NCBI GenBank assembly: GCA_965248265.1
Contig: CBDFJF010000001.1
Span: 480,001 to 544,000, forward strand
Length of the DNA stretch: 64,000 nucleotides
Source of the DNA: Candidatus Latescibacterota bacterium
GTDB lineage: Bacteria > Latescibacterota > UBA2968 > UBA8231
Reading direction: 5' to 3'
In this document: positions 29,480-38,878 of the stretch, piece after piece
Layout: the number at the start of each line of letters is the position of its first letter
Numbering within the stretch: the stretch's first letter is position 1
Notes under the pieces: generated by a model
The model's input: the letters and a program-made list of their open reading frames with translations, nothing else
What the model was told of the DNA's origin: nothing
Database searches by the model: none
Made by a program: the position numbers and the translations under genes

Positions 29480-30355
29480 TCAGAGGGTGATTTCCAGGCC
29501 TTCGCTGGATCCGAGGACTTCCGGCTCGCTCCCCGTCTGAACTCGGCAGCGATCCACTATCGCATCCAACTCGGCATCTTCGCGCCCCGGGCGATGATGA
29601 TACAGGGCAACGCACTTTGCCCCGGTCTCGGTGGCCAGGTGCAAAGCGTCGTCGACGCTGCTATGGCCGAAATCTGGCCGGTACTCGTCTGGCAGGAAGA
29701 ATGTATCGCAAACCAACAGGTCGACTCCGTGACACAGATCACGTGTCCCCTGCAGCAATTGGCGTCGTGCCTCGGCCTCGTCATTCATCTGAGCGGGCAA
29801 TTCCTGGGCGAATAGGGTTTCGCCGTACACGTCGGTGTCACAGACGTAGGCCATCGTGTGACCGTTCGAATCCAGGCGGAAGCCGCCCGTCACGGTGGGG
29901 TGATTCAATTGCCGGCAGGTGACCCGGGTGTCGCCGAGATCGAAGGTGTCGCCGTCGTCGTGCTCGACGAATTCAACGTGGGCAGCTGCCTGGTCGAGAG
30001 AGACGGGAAAGAAGGGAGCGCGCTGCTGATCGGAAAGGATCTGGCGCAATGACTTGGCCTGACGCTTGAGGGCGTGTATGCGAATGCTGGTGGAGGCGTC
30101 GTAGAGTGGCGCGAAGTGGGGGAGACCCTGGATATGATCCCAGTGGGTGTGACTCAGCAGCAGCTCCACCTCCTTGGACTCGGTACGGGCCGCTATTTCC
30201 TTGCCCAACTCACGAATACCCGTTCCAGCATCGATGACGATGGCCGGGTCATCGGCCGTATGAACCTCGACACAGGAGGTGTTGCCGCCGTAGCGCATGT
30301 ACTCGGGCGCAGCCACCGGGAACGATCCTCGCACTCCTCTGAACTTTATTTTCAT
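29480..30355 (-). CDS. MBL-fold metallo-hydrolase (phosphodiesterase-like), tandem paralog
   Basis: GVRGS, YGGNTSCVE, IDAGTG, SHTHWDHIQG and GHS motifs. Confidence 0.9.
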   Translation of the reverse strand: MKIKFRGVRGSFPVAAPEYMRYGGNTSCVEVHTADDPAIVIDAGTGIRELGKEIAARTESKEVELLLSHTHWDHIQGLPHFAPLYDASTSIRIHALKRQAKSLRQILSDQQRAPFFPVSLDQAAAHVEFVEHDDGDTFDLGDTRVTCRQLNHPTVTGGFRLDSNGHTMAYVCDTDVYGETLFAQELPAQMNDEAEARRQLLQGTRDLCHGVDLLVCDTFFLPDEYRPDFGHSSVDDALHLATETGAKCVALYHHRPGREDAELDAIVDRCRVQTGSEPEVLGSSEGLEITL

Positions 30356-30540
30356 GCGCCTTTCGTCACTGCCTCCGGGAGGAACCGGAGTGGGAGGGGA
30401 TGGTTGGTGCAAATATCGCAATAAACGGACAAATCGGCCTCATACAGCCTAAAATAATATGAAGGAGCACAGCGATTTACAAGCATTGCCGCAGGCGGCG
30501 AGGTCTTGCGAGTGAGGAACCTGAATGCGCCCTGATCGGT

Positions 30541-30569
30541 TTTACATTGAGATGCCCTTTTTTTATACT
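30541..30569 (+). promoter_or_regulatory. sigma70-type promoter upstream of lepB and the proteasome operon
   Basis: TTTACA (30541-30546), 17-bp spacer, TATACT (30564-30569). Confidence 0.7.
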
Positions 30570-30617
30570 GTAGCTGAACTTACGCACGGTTAGGTACGTA
30601 AAACGAAGGCAAGTCAT

Positions 30618-31376
30618 ATGTCGAAGGACAGGGCAAGAAAAACGCCTGAGAAAGGCAATTCACCGACCGAGCGCCCGACGGGTGCAAGGGAGTACGGTTC
30701 GTCGGTATTGATCGCCGTAGCCCTGGCCCTCCTGATCCGGAGCACGGTCGTTCAGGCGTTTTACATACCCTCTGGTTCCATGGAAGACACGCTGTTCGTC
30801 GGAGACTACCTGCTGGCTAACAAATTCGTCTATGGTGCACCGGTCGAAATCCCATTCAAGAGTGAACCGCTTTTTCGTCTTCCCGCGCTGCGGGATCCCA
30901 GTCCGGGCGACATCGTAATTTTTCGCTCGCTCACTGATCCGGGACGTGATCTGATCAAGCGCTGTGTGGCCGTTGGCGGCCAATCCATCCAGGTCGTCGA
31001 CAAGGTGCTCTACATAGACGGCACGCCCTTTCCCGATCCACCCAAAGCGAAATACGAGGACCCGGTCGTCTTTCCGCCGATGAGTCGTCCGCGTGACAAC
31101 TTCGGTCCCTACGTCGTCCCCGCGGAGCATTTCTTCATGATGGGAGACAACCGAGACAACAGCCACGACAGCCGTTGGTTCGGGCCCGTTCCGCGCCGCC
31201 AGATCAAAGGTAAGGCCATGATCATCTACTGGTCGTCGGATCTGGTGGATGCTCCGGCGTGGATGCGCGCGGCCGGCCTGCCCCAGCTGCTGCAGGATAC
31301 GGCGAGTTTCGTCTGGAACTTCCCGACGCTGCCACTGCGCACCGAATACGGCCGGCTCGGAGACGTAATCCACTGA
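30618..31376 (+). CDS. lepB: Signal peptidase I
   Basis: IPSGSM, GDIVIF, LIKR and MGDNRDNSHDSRWFG motifs. Confidence 0.95.
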   Translation: MSKDRARKTPEKGNSPTERPTGAREYGSSVLIAVALALLIRSTVVQAFYIPSGSMEDTLFVGDYLLANKFVYGAPVEIPFKSEPLFRLPALRDPSPGDIVIFRSLTDPGRDLIKRCVAVGGQSIQVVDKVLYIDGTPFPDPPKAKYEDPVVFPPMSRPRDNFGPYVVPAEHFFMMGDNRDNSHDSRWFGPVPRRQIKGKAMIIYWSSDLVDAPAWMRAAGLPQLLQDTASFVWNFPTLPLRTEYGRLGDVIH

Positions 31377-31416
31377 CGGCAACGACGGCCGGTTCGCCGG
31401 CCTGCAGGAGCTTCTT

Positions 31417-33162
31417 GTGACAACGGAAGACTACTTCGAGCGCCCTGAGGATGAAGACCGCGCCTATGACTTGGGTGAGGAACCGGAGTCTCTGGGTCCG
31501 GAGTCTGCCAGTCAGGATGAATTCGACGACGAGCCTCTCCGTCTCATCGACCAGGTCTTGATCCAGCTGCCCGACCGGGATCCGTCCCGGCCGATGCTTT
31601 ACCAGCTTCGCCGTCAGGTGATGGAGCGGGAGATCACCCTGCAGGAGGCCCGGCGCACGTTGGTCGAGCTGGAGGGTGCACTAGAGAAGGTCACGGCGCC
31701 GGCCAACCGCGTCGGCATCTACCTCGGCAGTCCCGACGAGGGCATCGCCACCATCTCGGTCTCCGGTTCCGACTACTACGCCAATGTCGATCCCAGGGTT
31801 GATCGAACTCGACTCAAGGTCGGAGTGCGGGTGCTGATCAACGAGGCCTACACCGTAATCGGTGTCCTCGGACACAACCCTGCAGGCCCTGTGGTCAAGA
31901 TCACGGATCTGCTGGATGGGAGCAGGTTGCGCATTGGTCAGGACCACGGGACCGGGGATCTGATCATGGAGCGCTCGCACGAACTGGCGGACGTCGACCT
32001 CAAGGTGGGTGACGAGGTGCGGGTGGATCCGTCGATGAAGGTGGTGATCGAGCGCCTGAAGTCGAAGGACAGCAAGGAGTACTTCCTTGAGGAAATTCCC
32101 TCGGCTTCGTGGGACAAGATCGGTGGCCAGGAGAAGGCGATTCGGGCGATCCGTGACACCATCGAGTTGCCGGCCCTGCACCCGGAACTATTCGAGCGTT
32201 TTCAGTACTCCACCCCGAAGGGATTCCTGTTGTACGGTCCGCCCGGATGCGGCAAAACGCTGATCGGTAAGGCCACGGCATTCAACCTGGTGCAGCATCT
32301 GCGAGAGGCGGAGGGTCTGGAGGTGCGCGAGTACTTCATGCACATAAAGGGCCCCGAAATCCTCAACATGTGGTTGGGCGAAACCGAGCGACTGGTACGC
32401 GAGATCTTCGCGCAAGCGCGCCAGAAGAGGAAGGAGGGCTACCTCCCCTTCGTCTTCATCGATGAAGCCGAGTCCATCCTGGGCACCCGCCGGTCGATGC
32501 GCAGTCACAACATCGCCAACACGGTGGTGCCGATGTTCTGCACCGAGATGGACGGCATCGAGTCCCTCCAGGATGTCGTCATCATCCTGGCGTCCAACCG
32601 TCACGACCTGATCGACCCCGCCATCCTTCGTCCCGGACGCATCGACCGCAAAATCAAGGTCGAGCGGCCCGATCAGGATGCCTCGAAGGAGATCTTTGGC
32701 ATTTATCTGAACGAGGAATTGCCCGTTGATGTGACAGAAATCGAACGGCATGGCAGTGCAGAGGCGGCTCGTCAGGCGTTGATCGAAGAAGCGACGGCGG
32801 CGCTGTTCGCGCACACAGAACACAACAAGTTTCTGGAAGTGGCGCTCAGGAGCGGACGCCAGGAGAGCCTCTATTTCGGCGACCTGGTGAGTGGTGCTCT
32901 CCTCGACAACATCGTCCAACGAGCCAAGGAATCTGCGATCAAGCGGGCGATCGCCGAGCAAGATGCCGAAGCCGGAATCCGGCTCGAGGACTTAACCGAT
33001 GCCCTGAACGCAGAATACCGGGAGAACGAGGTGTTCCCGCCCAGCGACAGTGTCGAGGATTGGTTGAAGCTTCTCGACTACGACCCGGAGAACGTGGTGC
33101 GGGTGGCGCCGGTGCGCCACGACGATGCTGCGGACGCGGTCAACCCCAGCAACGTCATCTGA
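31417..33162 (+). CDS. arc: Proteasome-associated AAA ATPase (ARC/Mpa)
   Basis: N-terminal coiled coil and OB region, GPPGCGKT, IKGPEILN, FIDEAE and DPAILRPGRIDRKIK; proteasome gene context. Confidence 0.92.
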   Translation: MTTEDYFERPEDEDRAYDLGEEPESLGPESASQDEFDDEPLRLIDQVLIQLPDRDPSRPMLYQLRRQVMEREITLQEARRTLVELEGALEKVTAPANRVGIYLGSPDEGIATISVSGSDYYANVDPRVDRTRLKVGVRVLINEAYTVIGVLGHNPAGPVVKITDLLDGSRLRIGQDHGTGDLIMERSHELADVDLKVGDEVRVDPSMKVVIERLKSKDSKEYFLEEIPSASWDKIGGQEKAIRAIRDTIELPALHPELFERFQYSTPKGFLLYGPPGCGKTLIGKATAFNLVQHLREAEGLEVREYFMHIKGPEILNMWLGETERLVREIFAQARQKRKEGYLPFVFIDEAESILGTRRSMRSHNIANTVVPMFCTEMDGIESLQDVVIILASNRHDLIDPAILRPGRIDRKIKVERPDQDASKEIFGIYLNEELPVDVTEIERHGSAEAARQALIEEATAALFAHTEHNKFLEVALRSGRQESLYFGDLVSGALLDNIVQRAKESAIKRAIAEQDAEAGIRLEDLTDALNAEYRENEVFPPSDSVEDWLKLLDYDPENVVRVAPVRHDDAADAVNPSNVI

Positions 33163-33168
33163 GGCCTG

Positions 33169-34728
33169 ATGCTGACGGGCAAGCGTCTGTTCGGTCTGGA
33201 GACCGAGTACGGAATTCAGATCGAGGGCGTTGGGGGAGACATGGATGTCGTGGTCGAGTCGATGGAGCTTATCCGCGCCTACCTGCGCGAGGATTTTGTC
33301 GCGCTATGGGACTACGATCTCGAGAATCCTCGTATGGATATTCGCGGCTTCGAGGTCGATGAGTTGCTCAACGACATCGACGAAACAGTCCATCTCCAGC
33401 GAGATCGCAAGCGCAAGATTCCCCGAGCCGAGCTCAAGAGCGATCTGATTCTCACCAATGGCGCTCGACTCTATAATGACCATACACACCCAGAGTACTC
33501 AACGCCGGAGTGTTATTCGCTGACGGACCTGGTAGCGTCGGATCGGGCCGGTGAGCGGATTCTGTTGCAGTGCGGACTGCGTCGCACTCAGAGTCTGGCC
33601 AATGGCGTTGTCAGGCTTTACAAGAACAACACCGATTTCGAGGGGCACAGCTATGGTTGCCACGAGAACTACCTGATCAGCCGCGCCTTGCCGTTCGAGC
33701 GCGTCATTGACGGCTTGTTGCCGTTTCTGGTGACGCGGCAGGTGTTCGCCGGCGCCGGGAAGGTGGGTGTGGAAGGCGACCGCGGGGCAGATCCTGCGGT
33801 TTTCCAATTAGCCCAGCGTTCCGACTTCTTCGAGACCATCGCCAGCGTCGATACCATGACCCGGCGTCCTCTCGTCAACACGCGAGACGAACCGCATGCG
33901 AGCGCGGCGGATTACCGGCGTCTGCACATCATCATCGGTGACTCAAACATGTCGGAGTACGTTACCGCATTGAAGGTGGGCAGCATGTTGCTCGTGCTCG
34001 ATTTGATTGAATCCGGCCAGGGTCCGGATATCGTCCTGGCTGATCCGCTCGGCGCGCTCAAGGAGATCGCCCGCGACCCGTCACGCCGTTGGCACGTCGA
34101 ATTGGTCAACTCGCGTCACTCGGACGCGCTGGAGGTTCAACGGGCTTACCTGGAGCGCGCCCGGGCCATGGCCGCGGGCCGGGATGAACAGACGGACTGG
34201 GTGCTGAACGAATGGGCGAACATGCTGGATGGCCTCGAAAACGATCCGGTAGAACTGGTTGGACGCTGTGATTGGGTGACCAAGAAGTGGCTCCTCGACG
34301 CCTTCGCCGAGGCGGAAGGGCTGGATTGGGGCAGGCCCGAAGATCGAGTCTGGTTGCAAAGCCAGGATCTGGAGTACCACAACGTCGATCCCGAGGCGGG
34401 GTTGTACCAGATGCTGGAGGCGGACAACGAGGACTGGCGGCTGACGAGCCACGAGCAGGTACAGCGGGCGACGCAGAAGGCTCCACCCGGTACGAGGGCC
34501 TATTTTCGCGGCCGTGCAATCGAGAAATTCGGTAGCTCGGTCCGAGCCCTGAACTGGGACAGCATCGAGTTTGATTTGGACGGCAGGACGGCGGTCATCG
34601 ATCTAAAGAGTTTGGTGGACGGTGATGTGGCCGCTAAGTTTAACGGCATACTGAATGCTTCTGCCACGGCACAGGACCTCGTGGCAGCACTTGAAAAAAA
34701 TGAGGGAGCGACGCCATGGACAGACTGA
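33169..34728 (+). CDS. dop: Pup/UBact deamidase-depupylase Dop
   Basis: GLETEYGI, the Dop-loop insertion (WDYxxENP), NGARLYNDHTHPEYSTPEC, YGCHENYL and NTRDEPHA. Confidence 0.9.
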   Translation: MLTGKRLFGLETEYGIQIEGVGGDMDVVVESMELIRAYLREDFVALWDYDLENPRMDIRGFEVDELLNDIDETVHLQRDRKRKIPRAELKSDLILTNGARLYNDHTHPEYSTPECYSLTDLVASDRAGERILLQCGLRRTQSLANGVVRLYKNNTDFEGHSYGCHENYLISRALPFERVIDGLLPFLVTRQVFAGAGKVGVEGDRGADPAVFQLAQRSDFFETIASVDTMTRRPLVNTRDEPHASAADYRRLHIIIGDSNMSEYVTALKVGSMLLVLDLIESGQGPDIVLADPLGALKEIARDPSRRWHVELVNSRHSDALEVQRAYLERARAMAAGRDEQTDWVLNEWANMLDGLENDPVELVGRCDWVTKKWLLDAFAEAEGLDWGRPEDRVWLQSQDLEYHNVDPEAGLYQMLEADNEDWRLTSHEQVQRATQKAPPGTRAYFRGRAIEKFGSSVRALNWDSIEFDLDGRTAVIDLKSLVDGDVAAKFNGILNASATAQDLVAALEKNEGATPWTD

Positions 34729-34913
34729 CGATGGAATCTCGCGACCGGGCTCCGCGCCCGCGTAAACCGTTGGACGGCGGCGATGGCGGTGAGGAAGATT
34801 CGGGACCTCGTCGCCCCAAGGTAGAGCGTCCGAACACGGACGACCTGCTGCGCCGCATGCGTAAGGTGGACCCCAATCAGGCACGCCGGTATCGCCAGCG
34901 TACGGGTCAATGA
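34716..34913 (+). CDS. ubact: Ubiquitin-like protein UBact (Pup analogue)
   Basis: 65 aa, disordered, ending LLRRMRKVDPNQARRYRQRTGQ (the R-[ST]-G-[EQ] end of UBact, not GGE/GGQ); lies between dop and prcB with a GAGGGAG SD. Confidence 0.92.
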   Translation: MDRLTMESRDRAPRPRKPLDGGDGGEEDSGPRRPKVERPNTDDLLRRMRKVDPNQARRYRQRTGQ

Positions 34914-35707
34914 GCGACGGCGTCACGGAGACAGACTTCATCGCGCTGCTGCGGCAGCATGGGCAGTTGCCACAGGCGCGGATCGGAGAAACCCGGATCG
35001 GAGACCACGCATCCGGCATCGAACCGACCGAGGGCACGACCATCCTCGCGGTCCGCTATCGCGATGGGGTTCTGGTGGCCGGTGACCGCCGTGCCACCAT
35101 GGGGAACACGGTCGTCTACGATCGCGCTGACAAGGTACTGTCGGTCGATGACCGCTCCGTGATCGCGCTCGCGGGATCGCCGGCGAACGCGTATGAGATT
35201 GTCCGCATGTTGGAGATGTCCTTCCAGCACTACCGGCGCAGCCAGCTGCAGGAATTGAGCCTTGAAGGCAGGCTGCGCACGCTGTCGCGGTTGCTGCGGG
35301 AGAATCTGCCGATGGCCATGCAGGGGATCGGTGCGGTCATTCCGATCTACGCCACCTACGACGCCGCGGATTCGGCGGGGAAGATTTTTTTCTACGACAT
35401 CCTCGGCGCGCAGTTTGAGTCAGTCGACTTCTGCACCACGGGTTCGGGCTCCACGATGATTCGGGGCGCGCTCTACTATCAGAACCGGTGGGAGCAGCCA
35501 CTGGCGGACATGGACGAGAGCCAATCATTGGAGTTGATCCTGAAGATGCTCGAAACAGCGGCAGAATTCGATACGGCGACTGGCGGCTTCCGGCCGACCG
35601 CACGCGTGTTTCCGCAAGTCATGCGGGTCACCGCCGCCGGTATTTCCGTGATCGAGGAGTCCGATCTGGAGTCACTCTACGAGACTCGATTGAGCGGGCG
35701 GGGCTAA
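34910..35707 (+). CDS. prcB: 20S proteasome beta subunit
   Basis: Propeptide followed by G|TTILAV, AGDRRAT, GSG and DTATGG. Confidence 0.93.
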   Translation: MSDGVTETDFIALLRQHGQLPQARIGETRIGDHASGIEPTEGTTILAVRYRDGVLVAGDRRATMGNTVVYDRADKVLSVDDRSVIALAGSPANAYEIVRMLEMSFQHYRRSQLQELSLEGRLRTLSRLLRENLPMAMQGIGAVIPIYATYDAADSAGKIFFYDILGAQFESVDFCTTGSGSTMIRGALYYQNRWEQPLADMDESQSLELILKMLETAAEFDTATGGFRPTARVFPQVMRVTAAGISVIEESDLESLYETRLSGRG

Positions 35708-35718
35708 AGGCAAGGGAC

Positions 35719-36543
35719 ATGCTGGAAGAACCCTACCGTTGGGTCGAAGCCATTCGCAATCGACGTGAGTACATCGACGATCAGCTCAAAGCGGCCAGCG
35801 CCGTGGTCGGGTGTGCCTATGAGAACGGCATCCTGCTGCTGACGACGACCCCCGGACCGCGAAAGTTGTTCGAGATCTATAACCAGCTGGCCTTCGCCGC
35901 CATCGGTCATCCCGCTGACATCGAAAAGCTGCGCAAAGCGGTTATCGATATCGCCCATCTCGAGGCGTTCAATCTTTCCGCGCACGACATCTCGCTGCAG
36001 CGACTGGTCCATTTCGGCATCGGTCCGCTGATAAAGAGCGCTTTCGACGAGATATTCCGCTCGCCGTACCTGGCCCGTGTGCTGGTGGCCGAACTTGATC
36101 CATCTGAAGACCAGGAGTGCTTTTTCAGCGTGGACGCGGACGGCTCCTTCGTCAGTGGGCGTGAGGCTGCTGCCGTGTCCGGTGTGAACGGCGCCAATCC
36201 CCTCATCATCGACCAGCTCAAGGCGGGCGCTGGACCGGAGGCGAGTCTGGAGGATGCTCTGGATAGCGCCCTGGATGCCTGGGCGCGTGGCCATCTACCG
36301 CCTGCTGAGGAAGGTAAGGCCAGGTCTGACGACGACGCGGATCGCAACGACGCGGATCGCAACGACGCGGATCGCGTGGCCGCGGATCGCGATTCCGCGG
36401 TTCGGGTTTTTTTGAAAGAGTCCCTGTCCTCAGTCAAGCTCGAAGTGGCCGTCCTCGATCGCACCCTGCCGACAACCTCAAAATTCCGTTTGCTGACTGC
36501 GGCGGAACTCGAACCCGTCCAGGCTCGGTACAACGGCCAGTAA
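35719..36543 (+). CDS. prcA: 20S proteasome alpha subunit
   Basis: EEPYRW...RREYI, KLFEIY and LEVAVLDR...KFR; follows prcB. Confidence 0.9.
   Translation: MLEEPYRWVEAIRNRREYIDDQLKAASAVVGCAYENGILLLTTTPGPRKLFEIYNQLAFAAIGHPADIEKLRKAVIDIAHLEAFNLSAHDISLQRLVHFGIGPLIKSAFDEIFRSPYLARVLVAELDPSEDQECFFSVDADGSFVSGREAAAVSGVNGANPLIIDQLKAGAGPEASLEDALDSALDAWARGHLPPAEEGKARSDDDADRNDADRNDADRVAADRDSAVRVFLKESLSSVKLEVAVLDRTLPTTSKFRLLTAAELEPVQARYNGQ
36332..36390 (+). repeat. In-frame 15-bp tandem repeat in prcA (DADRN units)
   Basis: ACGACGCGGATCGCA about three times plus one degenerate copy. Confidence 0.85.
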
Positions 36544-36555
36544 GCGCCAAGTCAC

Positions 36556-37974
36556 ATGCGTAACCGCATCTACGGTCTGGAAGTGGAGTACGGCTGCATG
36601 CCACCGGACTCCGACCCTTTCCTCAGCCCGGATTTCATCTCGGTCAAAGCCAAGGACTGCGTGTTCTACCGCGAGGGCCTGGGGATCGTCGACATCCACT
36701 ACCGCGGCCGCGACGAGCCACCTGGCAACGGGGGTTTCCTGTTCAACGGCGGTCGAGTTTACATCGACATGGGGCATGTCGAGTACGCCACGCCCGAGTG
36801 TCGGGGACTGTTCGATCTGCTGGCGTCGGATCGGGCCGGCGAGGTCATCGTGCAACGCGCACTGGATCAGCTCGGGCTGGCCGAAAAAGCCTCTTTCTTC
36901 AAAAACAACATCGATCATTACACCGGCGCGACCTTCGGTTGCCACGAGAATTATTTGGTGCGCCGGGACGTGCCGTTCAACCAGGTCCTGCTCCCCGCCA
37001 TTCTGCCGTTTTTCGTCAGCCGGCAGATCTACTCGGGTAGCGGCCGGGTGGGATGCCACACCGACATTTTCGAATACGGCGGCACAGACGACGGGGAAGA
37101 GGTGTCCTACCAGATCTCGCAGCGAGCCGACCACATCGTCACCGAGATCTACCAGTGGATTCAGTTCAGCCGCGCCATCATCAACACCCGGGATGAGCCT
37201 CTGGCCGACTGGGGATTGTACCGCAGGCTTCACCTGCTGGTGGGTGATTCCAACATGTCAGAGTACGCGACCGCTCTCAAGGTCGGGACCACGGCTCTCA
37301 TGCTTGAGCTGCTGGAGGAGCGTATCGTCCCGGACGTCAAGCTGCTGGATCCGGTGCAGGCGATCAGAGACATCTCCCGCGATCTGTCCTACCGCTGGGA
37401 GGTGCAACTCGAGGACGGGCGCTATACCACCGCCACCGAGATCCAGGCAGAATATCTCGAGCTCGCCGAGCGCTACCTGCGCGGCAAAGACCCCGAAGGT
37501 GACTGGGTGCTGAATGAGTGGCGACTGGTGCTTGATGCCCTGCGGCATGACCCCGAGGTCCTGATCGATCGCATCGACTGGGTAACCAAGAAATGGTTGC
37601 TGGAGTCGTTCATGGAAGAGGAGAGCCTCGACTGGCACGACACCTGGGTTCAGAGCCTCGACTTAGAGTACCACAACCTCAATCCCGACAAGGGGTTGTA
37701 CTTTGATCTGCGGCGGCGCGGTGTCGTGCGCAAGCTGTTGGATGACGAACTGGTAAACCAGGCAATCGTCACCCCGCCTCAAGACACCCGAGCCCGAGCG
37801 CGATCAGTTGTCATGCGGGCGTTGACCGGACAGAAGGCTCGTTACGTCATCGACTGGGATTCCATATATGTCGAAGATGAGAAATACCTGAATATGGACG
37901 ATCCGTTCATGACGTACGACATGGAGTCCGAGGACTTCATTCAGGAGTGCACGGGCCTTCCTGAGGTCGGGTAG
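36556..37974 (+). CDS. pafA: Pup/UBact-protein ligase PafA
   Basis: GLEVEYG, FLFNGGRVYIDMGHVEYATPEC, GCHENYL and SRAIINTRDEP; lacks the Dop loop. Confidence 0.9.
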   Translation: MRNRIYGLEVEYGCMPPDSDPFLSPDFISVKAKDCVFYREGLGIVDIHYRGRDEPPGNGGFLFNGGRVYIDMGHVEYATPECRGLFDLLASDRAGEVIVQRALDQLGLAEKASFFKNNIDHYTGATFGCHENYLVRRDVPFNQVLLPAILPFFVSRQIYSGSGRVGCHTDIFEYGGTDDGEEVSYQISQRADHIVTEIYQWIQFSRAIINTRDEPLADWGLYRRLHLLVGDSNMSEYATALKVGTTALMLELLEERIVPDVKLLDPVQAIRDISRDLSYRWEVQLEDGRYTTATEIQAEYLELAERYLRGKDPEGDWVLNEWRLVLDALRHDPEVLIDRIDWVTKKWLLESFMEEESLDWHDTWVQSLDLEYHNLNPDKGLYFDLRRRGVVRKLLDDELVNQAIVTPPQDTRARARSVVMRALTGQKARYVIDWDSIYVEDEKYLNMDDPFMTYDMESEDFIQECTGLPEVG

Positions 37975-38055
37975 TTAATGGTGGCTTGCGGCCAAAAAAA
38001 AGACAATATTAGCTGAGACAATGGAAATCCTGGACTAAAACGGTCATACCCTCCG

Positions 38056-38589
38056 ATGCTGCAACCCACGCAAATAGTTGACAACAGCCTGCCACTTTCC
38101 GTGCGCCTGCGGAACTCGCGCCAGAGCGGCCGTTTCGGTGTCAACAGGGTAAAGGATGGCCACACCATCAACACCCTGCGCGCCACGGGCGGTCCACCCG
38201 CCAGCACCAGCCTGTTTTCCTCCACAGGAACGGGCTCGGTGGCCGCGATCAGCGCCGATGACCGCGGTCGGCGATCCACGTCACTATTCGATCTGCCCCG
38301 CAGCGGCAGTAGTGTGCTCTCCAAGCTGCAAGGGCAGGCCAAGAGTAGTAACCCGCTGCTTTCCGGGCTGACGGGAGATTCTTCTGCGGGCGCGGGTTTG
38401 ACCTCGCTAACGAACAGGCAACGCTCATCCCGTTCGTTGGCCGCCGCGCACTCGCAGGCGGCGACCTTGCGGCAACAGTCTACGTCGATCGACAGCCGCA
38501 GCCGTTTCATGCAAGCACAGACAAGCCTTCTGCGATCCTCCGGGGGCTTTGGTGCGACACTCTCCAGTACATTCAACCTCCTAGCGTGA
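38056..38589 (+). CDS. Hypothetical Ser/Gly/Arg-rich low-complexity protein
   Basis: 177-aa ORF filling the gap after an AT-rich spacer; no family recognised. Confidence 0.55.
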   Translation: MLQPTQIVDNSLPLSVRLRNSRQSGRFGVNRVKDGHTINTLRATGGPPASTSLFSSTGTGSVAAISADDRGRRSTSLFDLPRSGSSVLSKLQGQAKSSNPLLSGLTGDSSAGAGLTSLTNRQRSSRSLAAAHSQAATLRQQSTSIDSRSRFMQAQTSLLRSSGGFGATLSSTFNLLA

Positions 38590-38645
38590 GCAGGTCTGCT
38601 TCCTGCGTAAGCAGGACTGCTCGCCGGGCTCATTCGAGCAGGACG

Positions 38646-38871
38646 ATCCCCAACCCATTCAACAGCGCGACGGTGATTCCGTTCGAGCTGCCGCATTTGG
38701 CCGTTGTCCAGCTGACGATCTATGATGTCCTGGGTCGATCGCTGCGGCAGCTGTTGTCGCAACCGCTGTCAGGCGGGTACCATCGCGTGATGTGGGATGG
38801 TCTGGATGATCGAGGCCGGGCGGTCAGCTGATTCGTTCACGCAAAGCGGCCGCATGTTGCTGCTGCAGTAA
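38646..38871 (+). pseudogene. Remnant of a FlgD-Ig/CTD domain
   Basis: PNPFNSATVIPFEL...IYDVLGR...WDGLDDRGRAVS-stop, then out-of-frame FTQSGRMLLLQ-stop; the SGVY segment is missing. Confidence 0.7.
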
Positions 38872-38878
38872 CTCCCCC

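Noticed and set aside
34716-34913. Calling the modifier Pup
   Set aside because: It ends RTGQ rather than GGE/GGQ, which fits UBact.
38001-38022. AGACAAT direct repeat resembling the motif at 8557
   Set aside because: Too short to distinguish from chance.
38036-38059. sigma28 promoter (TAAA...TCCGATGC) before the Ser-rich ORF
   Set aside because: The spacer is only 12 bp and the -10 overlaps the start codon.
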